Made by a program: the position numbers and the translations under genes
Notes under the pieces: generated by a model
What the model was told of the DNA's origin: nothing
What the model saw: the letters and a program-made list of their open reading frames with translations, nothing else
Databases searched by the model: none
Shown: one piece after another, positions 1 through 13,339 of the stretch
Position numbering within the stretch: the first letter of the stretch is position 1
Layout: each line of letters starts with the position of its first letter
Source: Eledone cirrhosa
Lineage: Eukaryota
Assembly (NCBI GenBank): GCA_964016885.1
Contig: OZ024742.1
Coordinates: forward strand, 67,270,001-67,334,000
Direction: 5' to 3'
Length of the DNA stretch: 64,000 nucleotides

Positions 1-84
1 TTCGAGTGCTAAAGCTACATACCGATTTTGCATTCGTTAGCTTGGCCGCAATCTAAAGCTTCGTTAATGCTGTACTAAAATGTG

Positions 85-142
<58 letters not shown>

Positions 143-605
143 TGTGTGATGGGTGTATTTATATATCTGTGTTTCTATTGAGGCACTTATTTTGTGTGAC
201 CCAATACCTGTATATAGTTTAAGCTCATCCTGGCAAGATTTACTCACGTACACGTTCGCACACCAGCAGGCACACACAGACGCACGCATACTACACAGAC
301 ACTCATACACACACATACACACACACACACACACACATATATATATGTGTGTGTGTGTGTATGTGCGCGCGCGTGTGTGTGTGTGTGTACATAAAATTGT
401 AGTATTCTAAGCGCGAAAGGTAGCTGTAGACAGCAGAAAATTATATGTATAGTAAAGGTCGGGTTAAGATATAACCATATATTGAACGGAGAGTGTTGGA
501 GAAAGGATGAAAGGGAGACTAAGTCATGAGATGAGAAATGAGAAGGGTATAGAGGGCGAGAGGGATGAGAAGAGAAGAGAAAAGTGGGAATAAGATGATA
601 ATATT

Positions 606-915
606 TTCATATATAGGCACAAGGCCTGCAATTTGGGGGTAGGGGAAAGTCGATTAAATCGACCCCAGTGCGTGGCTGGTACTTTATTTTATCGACCGCG
701 TAAGGATGAAAGGCAAAGTTAACCTCAGTGGGATTTGAACTCATTTCTACTTATGGCACAAGGCCAGCAATTATCCAGTGCATTACTGGTACCTTATTAT
801 CGACTCCGTAAGGCAAAGTTAACCTTGGCGGGATGTGAACTCAGAATGGCAAGGGCCGTAACTCTACGTCAAAGCATGGCGTCCGAACCTCTACCAATAC
901 TGCCAATCCACACCG
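606..915 (-). mobile_element. Two adjacent copies of a tRNA-derived SINE with Deu/Nin-like core (5'-truncated copy 606-743, fuller copy 745-915)
   Basis: Reverse complement of the family consensus seen across the window: GGATTGGCAGTATCGGTAGAG (A box)...GAGTTCAAATCCC (B box)...GCCTTTCATCCTTACGGGGTCGATAAAATAAAGTACCAG...GCTGGCCTTGTGCC-AAAGTAGAAACAATT. Confidence 0.85.
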
Positions 916-1156
916 ATAATAATAATATATAATGTTATCAGTATCACGCTTGCGAGGAAGTAGAGGAGGGTTCGGTCCTTCTGACTTTTTGTGAAATAGA
1001 GTGGAGATATATATATGTAGATATATATATATATATATATATATAACAATTATATAATTGCTAGGATTAACAGTTGAAACTGAAACCGTTGAGACCATAC
1101 TGAGTGGCAGAGGCTACATTTGGCCCTCTATATATAATATATAGTTAGTATTACCT

Positions 1157-1275
1157 CTGAGTTCAAATACCGCCGAGGTTAACTTTGTCTTTCATCCTTA
1201 CGGGGTCGATCAAATAAAGTACCAGTAATGCACTGGTTATTTGCTGGCCTTGTGCTAAAAGTAGAAACAATTATT
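1157..1275 (+). mobile_element. Same SINE, 5'-truncated
   Basis: ctgagttcaaataccgccgaggttaactttgtctttcatccttacggggtcgat...gctggccttgtgctaaaagtagaaacaatt. Confidence 0.85.
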
Positions 1276-1981
1276 ACCAACAACACCCTGTCGTTTTACT
1301 TACTGTCTACATAGAGTGTCCCCTAAGTGTCATGAATTTTATATTTTCATGTAAAATTCTCATGTAAAATTCTCATTAAGTACAGGAATTCTTTTTGGCT
1401 AGCGTCGTAAGCCATGAGTAAATTAATATATATATATTTGGTCATAAATCATTGGATCTGATCTGACCTGTGCCCAAGCAAACAACAAAAATAAATGTTT
1501 ATGTTAAGTCGATAGCAATACTTAGCTAGAATTAAGAAGAAAATCCACCGTAGAAATATTTAAGATAAAAGCCTGCATTATTAAAACTAAAATAATGCAA
1601 TTTATTGCGTCGGATATAACAAACAGCTTTAAAATCTCATATGAAATATGAAATCGATAATATACTAAAGCTTTCAGTTTTGTTCAACAATCATAAACAT
1701 CTGACGTTGTCAAATTGGAATCTTTAATTAAAAGGAATAAAAATAAATAAGATGATGCAGACTCAAATCTATAATAAGATTCAGCAGATGTTGGAGAATA
1801 GCTGAAACAGTTTAAAACTGTTCGTAGTTAATGCTGTTGTTGTTGTTTAGCCCTGCGTCAGCATGCGAGTAAATGCTTGCTTGAGTAAACCTAACTACCT
1901 CCCATATATAATTGACTACATTACACATGCACACACACACACACACACATACACATAAATACGTTTGTATGTTTATGTTTA

Positions 1982-2145
<164 letters not shown>

Positions 2146-2199
2146 CATGTATACATATATACATATATAAACATAAATACATACACACGTATCTATCTC

Positions 2200-2230
<31 letters not shown>

Positions 2231-2522
2231 GTGTATATATATACATGCATACACAGACACGTTACATATATTGATTCTTTTATTTAATCACTGGAATTAG
2301 AGATGCAGGGATCTATTAAGATTGCTGATATGTCATTGTTGGCTGGTAATTAAAGATTTATATATGTATAGAATTTAATTAAAATATTGATATAAATAAA
2401 ATATTGATACACACACAAATAGACACATAAATATATATATATGTTATATATATATATGTATATATATATGTATATATATATATATAGATATAAATATATA
2501 TATATATACTTATATACCTGTG

Positions 2523-2562
<40 letters not shown>

Positions 2563-2574
2563 TCTGTGTGTGTG

Positions 2575-2620
<46 letters not shown>

Positions 2621-3294
2621 TCTCTGTGTGTTTGTGTATGTAGGTGCATGTGTACAGAAATATTTAAGGCGTTCACTTAATCCGAGTAAGTACGTTTTAT
2701 CTGGAAATTAAAATTGTTACATTGCCTGTGCAATATTGATCCCTTTAATAAATCAATCAACATTTCAGATATTATATCAGTTGTGTATTAAAGATTACTT
2801 ATTTATAGAGAAAAGACAAATGATGAGTGAGCAGTACTTGATATTTCTGATGATCTGAAGTTACTGATTATGTGTATAGTGATAATGATGATTATGATGA
2901 TGATGATGAACACTATGATGATGATGATGACCACGATGATGATCTTCATTTTACTCTAGATATAATGATAATTGTGCCTGGTGTGGAGCTGACGATAAAT
3001 ATGATCGTGTGAGAAATAGTTCTGCTGGTGCTTATGATGGTCATGCTTCTGAAGATGAATATATATATATATATATACACATATATATATATGTGTGTGT
3101 GCGTATGTGTGTGTGTGTGTGTGTGTGTTTGGGTGTATGTTTGATGTTAATATTGATGGTGGTAAATTGAAATAGGATGGTATATCTAATTATCACAATG
3201 ATGGATGGGTGTATAAAGCAACAACTACCACCGACACCATCACATGCACCACCACCACCACCACCACTACTATAGTACAATAATATCAATGATT

Positions 3295-3440
3295 TTAGAT
3301 TTAGGCACAGGGCCAACAATTTTGGTTCTTTATTTATCGACGCTGTAAGGAAGAAGGGCAAAGCTAAATTTGTGAGGATTTTAACTCATATTGTAAAGGG
3401 CCGTAACTTTATGCCATAACGCATGTTCTCCGACGCTCTA
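3295..3440 (-). mobile_element. Diverged copy of the same SINE
   Basis: ttaggcacagggccaacaatt...ttatcgacgctgtaagg...ggcaaagctaa...aactca...gggccgtaact. Confidence 0.65.
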
Positions 3441-4461
3441 CATGTTTATAAATTGATATTATTGAAGTCGTTACCTCTATTGGTATATACAGCGTTATAC
3501 ATTTTATACTGTTCATAAATGGATTTGACGGCTAAACTCTGCCTGAAAGATAAATATTCTTCCATTGCATACTTTCCTAATTATAGAGATATTCGATCCA
3601 TCTAAATATGAATATACAAACACACACACACATACATATATTACGTGCAAGCACACGCACGCACGCACACTCACACGCATAGAAACACACACACATATAT
3701 GTGGGTGTTTATGTGTGTGTTTATTTTGGGAGAGAGAGAGTCTGAACACCTGTGTGTATACACAGGATAAAACAAACATCCAAGATCGGAGTGCTCTGGG
3801 CAAAGTTTATACGTATATGCAAGTTGAGATTTGCTCTGTCAAAAAAAATCTCTAATCCACCAATACTAACTAAGCAGTGCTAAGACTGAAACTCCATTTG
3901 GTGATTTTTGGTCAATAGAAAACATTTATGAAACTGAAAGCCATGGCTTTAGCTAATCCTCTTCATTTGGAACAATTTATGACAAGCAAGTGTGATTAGA
4001 GTTTGACTGGAAGCATACATTTTGAAAGCATAAATGTTTCAAGAAGTTTGGCTAGAATAACAACGGTCATACCAGATTAGAAAGGAGAAATATTTAATCT
4101 GACGTGTGTCATCAAACAGTAGTGAATTGACAAAATATATATTGCTATATGAGCAAACGAATTAACATATACAATTTAATGGAAATATAACCAACTATAT
4201 AATGTAAAATAACTATGTGAAAGTATAGTAAATATATATGCGTAAGAGGAAAGGGACTCAAGAAATATATTAAACTCAAAATACATTGGATGCAGTAGAT
4301 TTATAGATAGTGTATGAATATTATTTAAATAATAACTATAGCTAAAATTTTATTTCTTAGAACGTATAAATTCGACAAAATTGTTCATAATGTTGAAAAG
4401 GAAGTGGGAGCGTGAAAGTTAGATAGGCGGATTTAAAAGTATTCTCTAGCGTCATTGATAT

Positions 4462-4560
4462 ACAGTGGCGGACTGCCACGTTGCAAGGGGGCCCACAGTA
4501 CCTTTGCAGAAGCCCACAGTAGCATTGCAGGGCCACTGAGGTATTTTAGAGGCCAATGTT
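4462..4560 (+). mobile_element. Possible hAT-type DNA transposon terminus
   Basis: CAGTGGCGGA start followed by GGGGGCCC/GGGCC subterminal motifs; partner end not found. Confidence 0.3.
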
Positions 4561-4759
4561 TTGCTTTACAAAAATACCTGAAGTCTAAGAAAAAGAAAAA
4601 AAACAATTGTTTTAAAGATAAAAGAATTAGGCAAAGCATTTGGCAAACAATTCCCGAGGGAGTTAATAGAAACCAAAATATAGCTGGATTCAGTTGTTAT
4701 ACATTCTACTAAATCTAAAACTTAGTGTATTCACACACACAAGCTTATGTATATATATA

Positions 4760-4844
<85 letters not shown>

Positions 4845-4935
4845 GTAATAATAATAAATTTGAAGACTAAAATCCAAAGAGGGCTCGATAATAATAAGTA
4901 TATATCAAATATATAAGAACCGTAGATCAAATATT

Positions 4936-5019
4936 TATTAAAATAACAGATTAAAGTTTAAGCAGAAGATCCCGTTAAGGATGAAAGAAGCGCTTCTTTG
5001 CTTAAACTTTAATCTGTTA

Positions 5020-5027
<8 letters not shown>
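4936..5027 (+). repeat. 29-bp perfect hairpin enclosing a hammerhead-like core
   Basis: Arms 4936-4964 and 4999-5027; interior reads CAGAAGA-TCC..GGAT-GAAA-GAAGCGCTTC-TT; related copy at about 32773-32830. Confidence 0.7.
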
Positions 5028-5090
<63 letters not shown>

Positions 5091-5092
<2 letters not shown>

Positions 5093-5355
5093 GATATTAA
5101 ACAAATGGAAACTATATTTATAAAACAATATTTATGTCGTTATATATATTTCTGGGATATCATATTAAAAATATGGTATGTCTTCCTCAGACAAAATACA
5201 ATACATAAGCTGTTTTATAAATAATTATTGACATACCTTATAATAATGCAACTTCCATTTAAAAAGTTGATTTATACTCCAGAAACTGTTGAGTGCTTTT
5301 ATATCAGTTATAAAATATTTACTCGTTGTAACCCAACAATCTTAAATAAAACTTT

Positions 5356-5358
<3 letters not shown>
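5091..5358 (-). mobile_element. ~260 bp non-coding cassette in (TA)n with degenerate HHR (5135-5196); same family as 36494-36752 and 61880-62210
   Basis: Reverse-complement similarity to 36494-36752; minus strand CTGAGGA...GAAATATATATA. Confidence 0.7.
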
Positions 5359-5406
<48 letters not shown>

Positions 5407-5505
5407 TTGTGTATATATGCATATATATATTTACATACATATACATATATATATACATATACATACATATAAATATATATATATATATGTACATGTATGT
5501 ATGTG

Positions 5506-5580
<75 letters not shown>

Positions 5581-5583
<3 letters not shown>

Positions 5584-5795
5584 AGGGCTGCTTTCGGTTA
5601 TTTGTCGGAGATTTCTTCATACGAGCTTTTATTCTTATAGCTTGGTCTAATTGATTTTTTATATGGTTAATTATGCTAATTGGGAGAGGAAACGGTATAT
5701 ATTTTATCTGGTGATTCTATAGAAATGTTTTTTTATATATAGCTCTGATTATTTAATTTATTAACTCTTCATTGAGCCACAAAGTGACCCGTTGC

Positions 5796-5884
<89 letters not shown>

Positions 5885-6437
5885 CTTTATATGTAATAAT
5901 CTCCCGTTAGGTTGAGATACAATTTTGGGTGTATTGGGCTGCGCTTTCTAGTAAAAAGCCTACTAGCCGTTAGCAACTAATCACATCCTTTCTAACTTGA
6001 CCGCTGCCACGTCACGATTCTTAGCCATTTTTGAATGTATTCTTGGCGCGATCACTTTGTAAATTTAATTGTCTAAATTTAAGCTAACTCCTGAAGAGTC
6101 CGGTGCTCTAGACTTCCAATGATATCGGATATCTTAAAATGCGGACGAAACCATGGTAGAGGTAACTAAATATGTTCACTTTCCTTCTAGTTTATTTTAC
6201 ACCTAATTCTGTTTAATTGACTGTATATCTGGTCGATTCATACACGTTGTCGAAATTCTCGATAAATAGTCCGCCGCAACCGTCGCGAAGGGCTGCTTTC
6301 GGTTATTTGTCGGAGATTTCTTCATAGGAGCTTTTATTCTTATAGCTTGGTCTAAATGATTTTTTATATGGTTAATTATGCTAATTGGGAGAGGAAACGG
6401 TATATATTTTATCTGGTGATTCTATAGACATATTTTA
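5581..6437 (+). mobile_element. Retrozyme-like / Penelope-derived cassette: ~705 bp unit plus ~150 bp terminal direct repeat, flanked by (TA)n
   Basis: 5581-5730 repeated at 6286-6435 (cgaagggctgctttcggttatttgtcggag...); contains HHR at 6088-6161. Confidence 0.8.
6088..6161 (+). ncRNA. Type I hammerhead ribozyme (canonical core)
   Basis: CTC-CTGAAGA-GTCCG..CGGAC-GAAAC-CATG-GTA-GAG. Confidence 0.8.
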
Positions 6438-6713
6438 TGATATATATATATATATATATAAATGAAAATAGAGAAATTAAATTAAGCAATATGCCAACAA
6501 TAATTCAGACATATAAGTGATTATACCATCAAGATATAAAAATGTTTAATGTAAGATATGGGAAAAGTAATACAATCTTAATTTAAAACAAATCAAGAAG
6601 AGACACTTTAACCGCAGACTTTGTGTAAGTTGGGGGAAAAGCAGTACAATCTTAACTGAAAATAAAATCAAGAAGAAATAATTAACCGTCAATTTGGGGA
6701 AAACTACAAATGT

Positions 6714-6789
6714 ACTATATAGTCTTAATAGACTATTTCACGAAATTGTTCAGTGGGGTTAGTCTCGGTTAGCACCGATCTTCAGTAGT
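6714..6789 (-). ncRNA. Type I hammerhead ribozyme with full stem III
   Basis: ACTA-CTGAAGA-TCG..CGT-GAAA-TAGTCT(atta)AGACTA-TA-TAGT on the minus strand; host cassette ~6460-6860 is paralogous to 9050-9360. Confidence 0.8.
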
Positions 6790-7004
6790 GTACAACATAT
6801 TAACTAGAACTCACTGCTAAAATGCCGGAGGGGAATTAAAAGCAGGCAAGGGACAGCGTCTAACATTGAAATAACAAAACACACGTGGACGCAGGCTAGT
6901 GATGGCGGGATAAGACGAAAAGCAGTTTACAAAACAACAGTCAAGACATTCCGAAAAAACTCAACAAAATATGGAGTTCAGCATAAGTAATATTATCGCA
7001 TTTT

Positions 7005-7721
7005 TTCAGCTGAAAATGTATCCCGAACCGATGTTTAGGCGCTGAATTACAGGACATCGGTGGAGTTCGGGTATGCCCGAGACCTTTTATTACTCAAAAT
7101 GCCAGGAGGAAAAGGGGAGAAAAAGACAGAAAAGGGGGAGAAAAAAGGAGAGAGAGAACGAAAGAGAGGGAAAGGAGGAAGAACAGAGGTGGGGAAAAGA
7201 TGAAGAGAGAGGAAGAAAGGGGGAAAAATAGAAAAAGAATAGGAGAAAAATGTGAATAAGTCCCATCTTGGGAAGACACAGGTGAAAGAAACATGCAAAA
7301 GAGTGACCGTGGAAAAATAGGGAAAGTAAGTTGTGGCCAACCTGGGAGACTTTAGCTTGGTTGTCAGCTACAACTCGGAGCTGGTATAATCGTGCTGCCT
7401 CTCACATAGACAGGAGAAAGTGAGAGAGAGACACGAGCAACCAAAAGTAAGGAGAAGGGAAAGGGAGATAATCCAGAAGAGTTTTTTTACGACGGTGGTA
7501 AGAACGTGCCGCAAAGATTGTGTACACGTGTCGTGGGGGCTTCTCTGTTCGCAATCTTTGCGGGACGTTCGTAAAAAAAACCCTTCTGGATTATCTCCCT
7601 TTCCCTTCTCCTCACTTTTGGTTGTTCGTGTCTCTCTCTCACTTTCTCCTGTCTATGTGAGAGGCAGTACGTTTATACCAGCTCCGAGTCGTTGCTGACT
7701 ACCAGGCTAAAGTCTCCCAGG
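7005..7721. repeat. Purine/pyrimidine-skewed interspersed repeat with fold-back arm; homologue at 30140-30710 in opposite orientation
   Basis: 7341-7490 is the reverse complement of 7571-7721; 7005-7520 matches 30180-30710 inverted. Confidence 0.8.
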
Positions 7722-7744
7722 CTATATATATAGTCTCCTCTGCG

Positions 7745-9035
<1,291 letters not shown>

Positions 9036-9216
9036 ATATATATATATATAAATTAACGTAAGATGTGGGAAAATAATTCAAACTCAATTCAAAAGAAATC
9101 AAGACAAAGATTTTATCCACAGATTTTGTGAAATACAGCGAAAAAACCAATAGAGTCTTAACTCAGAATAAAATAAATTTTAAATACTCATCCTTCAATT
9201 TGGAAAAATTACAAAT

Positions 9217-9297
9217 GCTCTATATAGTCTTAGAAAGACTATTTCACGAAACTTTTCGGTGGGGATGGTCACTGTTGGAATCGTTCCTCAGTAGAGC
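9217..9297 (-). ncRNA. Type I hammerhead ribozyme, paralogue of 6714-6789
   Basis: GCTCTA-CTGAGGA-ACGA..TCGT-GAAA-TAGTCTT(tct)AAGACTA-TA-TAGAGC; all three helices pair. Confidence 0.85.
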
Positions 9298-9597
9298 TGA
9301 AACACGAAAACCCTAGGGCCCAAAATATGCCAAAAAAGGCAATTTAAAAGCAGGCTAGTTCACCTCGTGCGGAAATTAGGAATTAATATATATATATATA
9401 TAGAGATAGATAATTTAATATATCTACTAACATAAGCGCACAGATGTACGCCAATGCCAGCAAATACACAGGTTATGTCATAGTACCTAGGTGGTTCAAT
9501 GCAGGAGGATGCAGAACAATAATATAAAAGACGTAAAATAAGAAAATTTAAAAAAAAAAAAAAAATTTTTAAATTAACTTACTTACTTAAATTTTCA

Positions 9598-9677
9598 CTC
9601 CAACTAATTAGTTTCTGCAATTGGATAAAGACAGTTACGTAATGAACTGTTGAGAATGTCATTGCGTCATCAGGGAG
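9598..9677 (-). ncRNA. Type I hammerhead ribozyme (inverted copy of 10249-10328)
   Basis: Reverse complement of the 10249-10328 motif. Confidence 0.7.
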
Positions 9678-10248
9678 GTCTATTCTCAGCCAAGTCTCCA
9701 GGCAATGCGCGGACACTGGGGACTCATATAAAAATAATAATTCGGTAAATGGAACAGCTATCGAGGACTGGATTCCAAGCACTGAAAATTCTCGCTGCCA
9801 CTGGTCAAATGGCCGATTCTAAAGAATCAATCACGTGACACTGAGGCTAGTCGGTAGGAATGGGATGGTAAGATGACAGACGCCTACTAACACCCCCAAA
9901 AAAATTTAGTAGTGGTTTTGGCAGGTTTGCTCGACAAATTTGTGATTTGGAGATAAATATAGATAATTTAATATATCTACTAACATAAGCGCTCAGATGT
10001 ACGCCAATGCCAGCAAATACGCAGGTTATGTCATAGTACCTAGGTGGTTCAATGCAGGAGGATGCAGAACAATAATATAAAAGTGTCACGTGATTGATTC
10101 TTTAGAATCGGCCATTTACCAGTGGCAGCGAGAATTTTCAGTGCTTGGAATCCAGTCCTCGATAGCTGTTCCATTTACCGAATTATTATTATTTTTATAT
10201 GAGTCCCCAGTGTCCGCGCATTGCCTGGAGACTTGGCTGAGAATAGAC

Positions 10249-10328
10249 CTCCCTGATGACGCAATGAAATTCTCAACAGTTCATTACGTAACTGTCTTTA
10301 TCCCATTGCAGAAACTAATTAGTTGGAG
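10249..10328 (+). ncRNA. Type I hammerhead ribozyme
   Basis: CTCC-CTGATGA-C.GCAATG..CATTGC.A-GAAAC-TAATTA-GTT-GGAG. Confidence 0.75.
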
Positions 10329-10395
10329 TGAAAATTTAAGTAAGTAAGTTAATTTAAAAAAAAAAATTTTATTTTTTTTATTTTCTTATTTTACG

Positions 10396-10460
<65 letters not shown>

Positions 10461-10843
10461 AGCTTACCTATGTATATTTTTCCCTTTAATATGTTTCCCT
10501 TTAAAAATTGTTTTTCGTTTTGTTTTGTTTGCGTTTGTTGTCTTGTCCTTTCTTTCTTAATTTTCTTAAGTTTACTTACTAAATGTGGCGTATCTGTTTA
10601 TCTCTTTTCCCCCATTTATTGTAATTGCTTACATTTTTTAACACATCTTGCTTTCTACTTATTCCTTTTTGGACACCCTTTCGCTTTTGTCAGACACTGT
10701 GACCCCCAGATGGACCAGCATTACGATTGGTAGGGATCGAAACTGCCCAAGTCCATCTCAAAGGCCGATGACTATGGAGTTCTGTGTCCTTTGTTTGTGT
10801 ATATCTATATAATATATATAGACACACTTACACACACACACGC

Positions 10844-10879
<36 letters not shown>

Positions 10880-11065
10880 GGGCTCATTCTACGATAATAG
10901 GGGTTCGTATATATACATATATATATATATATATGAGCTCCTATTAGTGTCTGCAGTTATGTTTACATGCCAACACAAGAGCAAGAATGAGGGGCTCATA
11001 CTACTGACATGGCTTTAAAAAAGATTATTGTTTGCATAATTGCAAACGACTTGAATATCATTGAA

Positions 11066-11242
11066 TTGGCAGTATCGGTAGAGGGTCGGACATGCTTTCC
11101 AGCATAGTTGCGATCCTTTACAATCTGAATTCAAATCCAACCGTGGTTAACTTTGTCTTTCATCCATACAATGTCGATAAAATAAAGTACCAGTAATGTA
11201 CTACATAATGGCTGGCATTGTGCCAAAAGTAGAAACAATTAT
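11066..11242 (+). mobile_element. tRNA-derived SINE copy
   Basis: ttggcagtatcggtagaggg...aattcaaatcc...gtcgataaaataaagtaccag...tgtgccaaaagtagaaacaatt. Confidence 0.85.
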
Positions 11243-11287
11243 TAATATTCGAAAAATTCAGTTTGTATATATATATATATATACATA

Positions 11288-11357
<70 letters not shown>

Positions 11358-12474
11358 AGGTGAGTTTTATTGTAGTACAATAAAGCAATGCAGATATCGG
11401 ATAAGAAGCACTCTACAGTTTGTAGGACTGGAGTATACATAATATATAAGATCAAAAGATGGTTAAAAGAGTTCCATGTATTTTATTATGCGCATTTCAA
11501 AAACAAATATCATCATGCAATAACATTTGTGTTTTCATCAGATAAAATAGGAAGACATGATATGAAGGTTAAAAACACTTGTGGATAGTTCAGTTTTAAA
11601 TCAACATACGAAAAGTAGTTTTAGATTGATGTGTGATATTTTGGGAAAAAACAAATGTAATGTAAGTAAGGATATATTGTGAGATGAGCATGAATAAGTT
11701 AGATGAAAGTGAGAAAAAAATAATGAATAGAGGATGAATAATCTAACGTCAAAAAAAAATGTTTATGTTTACGAAGGATTTTTTCAAGGTGATATAAAGT
11801 AAGAATATATTGTATTGTGTAATAATTGTTTCTATGTTAGGCACATTGAGAAAAGGTACCTGTAAATATGTGTGTGTATCTCAATTGTGCTAATGGACTG
11901 GTCAAGTATTCAGATGGGTGGGAATTGTAAGCTAGAGGCAAATTCTATGGGATGTGCAACGGTGGGATGTAAAATAAATTCTATTTATAGAATATAGTTT
12001 TAGAGAGTGTGTGTACGGACGAGAGTCTATATATAAAAATACACACACGTGTGTTGGGGGGAGGGCGGTGTGTGTGTGCTTCAGCCCGTCTGCCACAAGT
12101 CCCTTTGTGGTGGGAAATAAAAAAACAAGTAGAGCAAAGCACAGTGGTGGTTTTCAATCAGTAATTTTTGGAAAATATGTGTATGAGCAATTTGTTCTCA
12201 TATTTCGTGGTTGCGTGTGTGTGTGTGTGAGTGTGTTTGTGTATATGTGGGTGTGTATGTGTGTCTGTATATGTGTTCGTGTGTGTGTGGGAGGGAGAGA
12301 GAATTTAAGGGGAATGATTGCATATTAAATTTTGTTTTAAATTTGTTAAAAATAGTTTTTTCTTTATTCTCTTTTGTTGAGTGAAATAATTGGGGCATTC
12401 GTAAAAGGGGAAGGTTTTAACGTTCTGTAGGATCATTCCTGCATAATCTACAATGTTGCTACTTAAGGAGATTT

Positions 12475-12523
<49 letters not shown>

Positions 12524-12528
<5 letters not shown>

Positions 12529-12722
12529 AAAAAATATGACCCCGACGGCAGAGCTCAAGCCGTTTCGACGCTATTTCTGGACTCGTCCAGAAATAGCCGT
12601 CGAAACGGCTTGAGCTCTGCCGTCGGGGTCATAATTGTTCCTATTTCCCACTCTACTACCCTAAGTATTGCGTACTCTGGTGCGTTAGGGTCCATCTGGT
12701 TCCTTACCACAATTCCTTTGTT
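12524..12722 (+). repeat. Fold-back cassette in (TA)n: ~50 bp palindrome (12535-12633) containing the 3' half of an HHR; tail homologous to 23448-23516 (inverted)
   Basis: tatgaccccgacggcagagctcaagccgtttcgacg..cgtcGAAACGGC..GCCGTCggggtcata; tail ctaagtattgcgtactctggtgc matches rc of gcaccagagtacacgatacttag. Confidence 0.8.
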
Positions 12723-13339
12723 ATATATATACAGCGGCGGACAGGGCAGGGTTTTTGTGTACCATAAATATGTTCTTATGTTTCAATACTTATGTAATGC
12801 GGACACTATATTACTATACATGATAAATGATAAGAATAAAACTATATATAATAGAAAATTCAATATAAATAAAATCATGAGAGAGAAAATATCATCCAAT
12901 TTCACGCATCATGACATAAATTATTTATATGTATCTCTTAAAAATATATTCTATTCAACTATTCGTAGATACAGACACGTATACGGAAAATATTATCTCG
13001 GATACACACACACTTATTGCTCATAAAATATACGATGGGCAAGAAATTGAATAGAAAAAAGACACCAGGTTAAAAGTCATATCTTTTGAAACTGGTATTA
13101 TAAATCTAATTCTATATTCAGGCATTATAAATTTATATCCTATAAACAAAATTAATTGCAGTGTATCGTGCAAATGTGACATTTTCCCCGTAAAATCATC
13201 TGCATATGCATTAAATCAGGGTATATGTTACGAAAAAGCCAATTCTCCTCACAGAATATTTTTATCTGACTAACCATCTCTATCCCAATTAATGTGTGTT
13301 GCAATTTTTTATTCAGAGAAACAGAATGCAAAATGATTT

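Larger units (their letters stand above)
9404..10403. mobile_element. HHR cassette with combined direct and inverted duplication, in (TA)n
   Basis: 9408-9529 = 9959-10083 (direct); 9523-9842 = reverse complement of 10082-10403. Confidence 0.85.

Noticed and set aside
3860-4120. Possible host exon
   Set aside because: Stops in the frames I examined; no recognisable domain or splice pair
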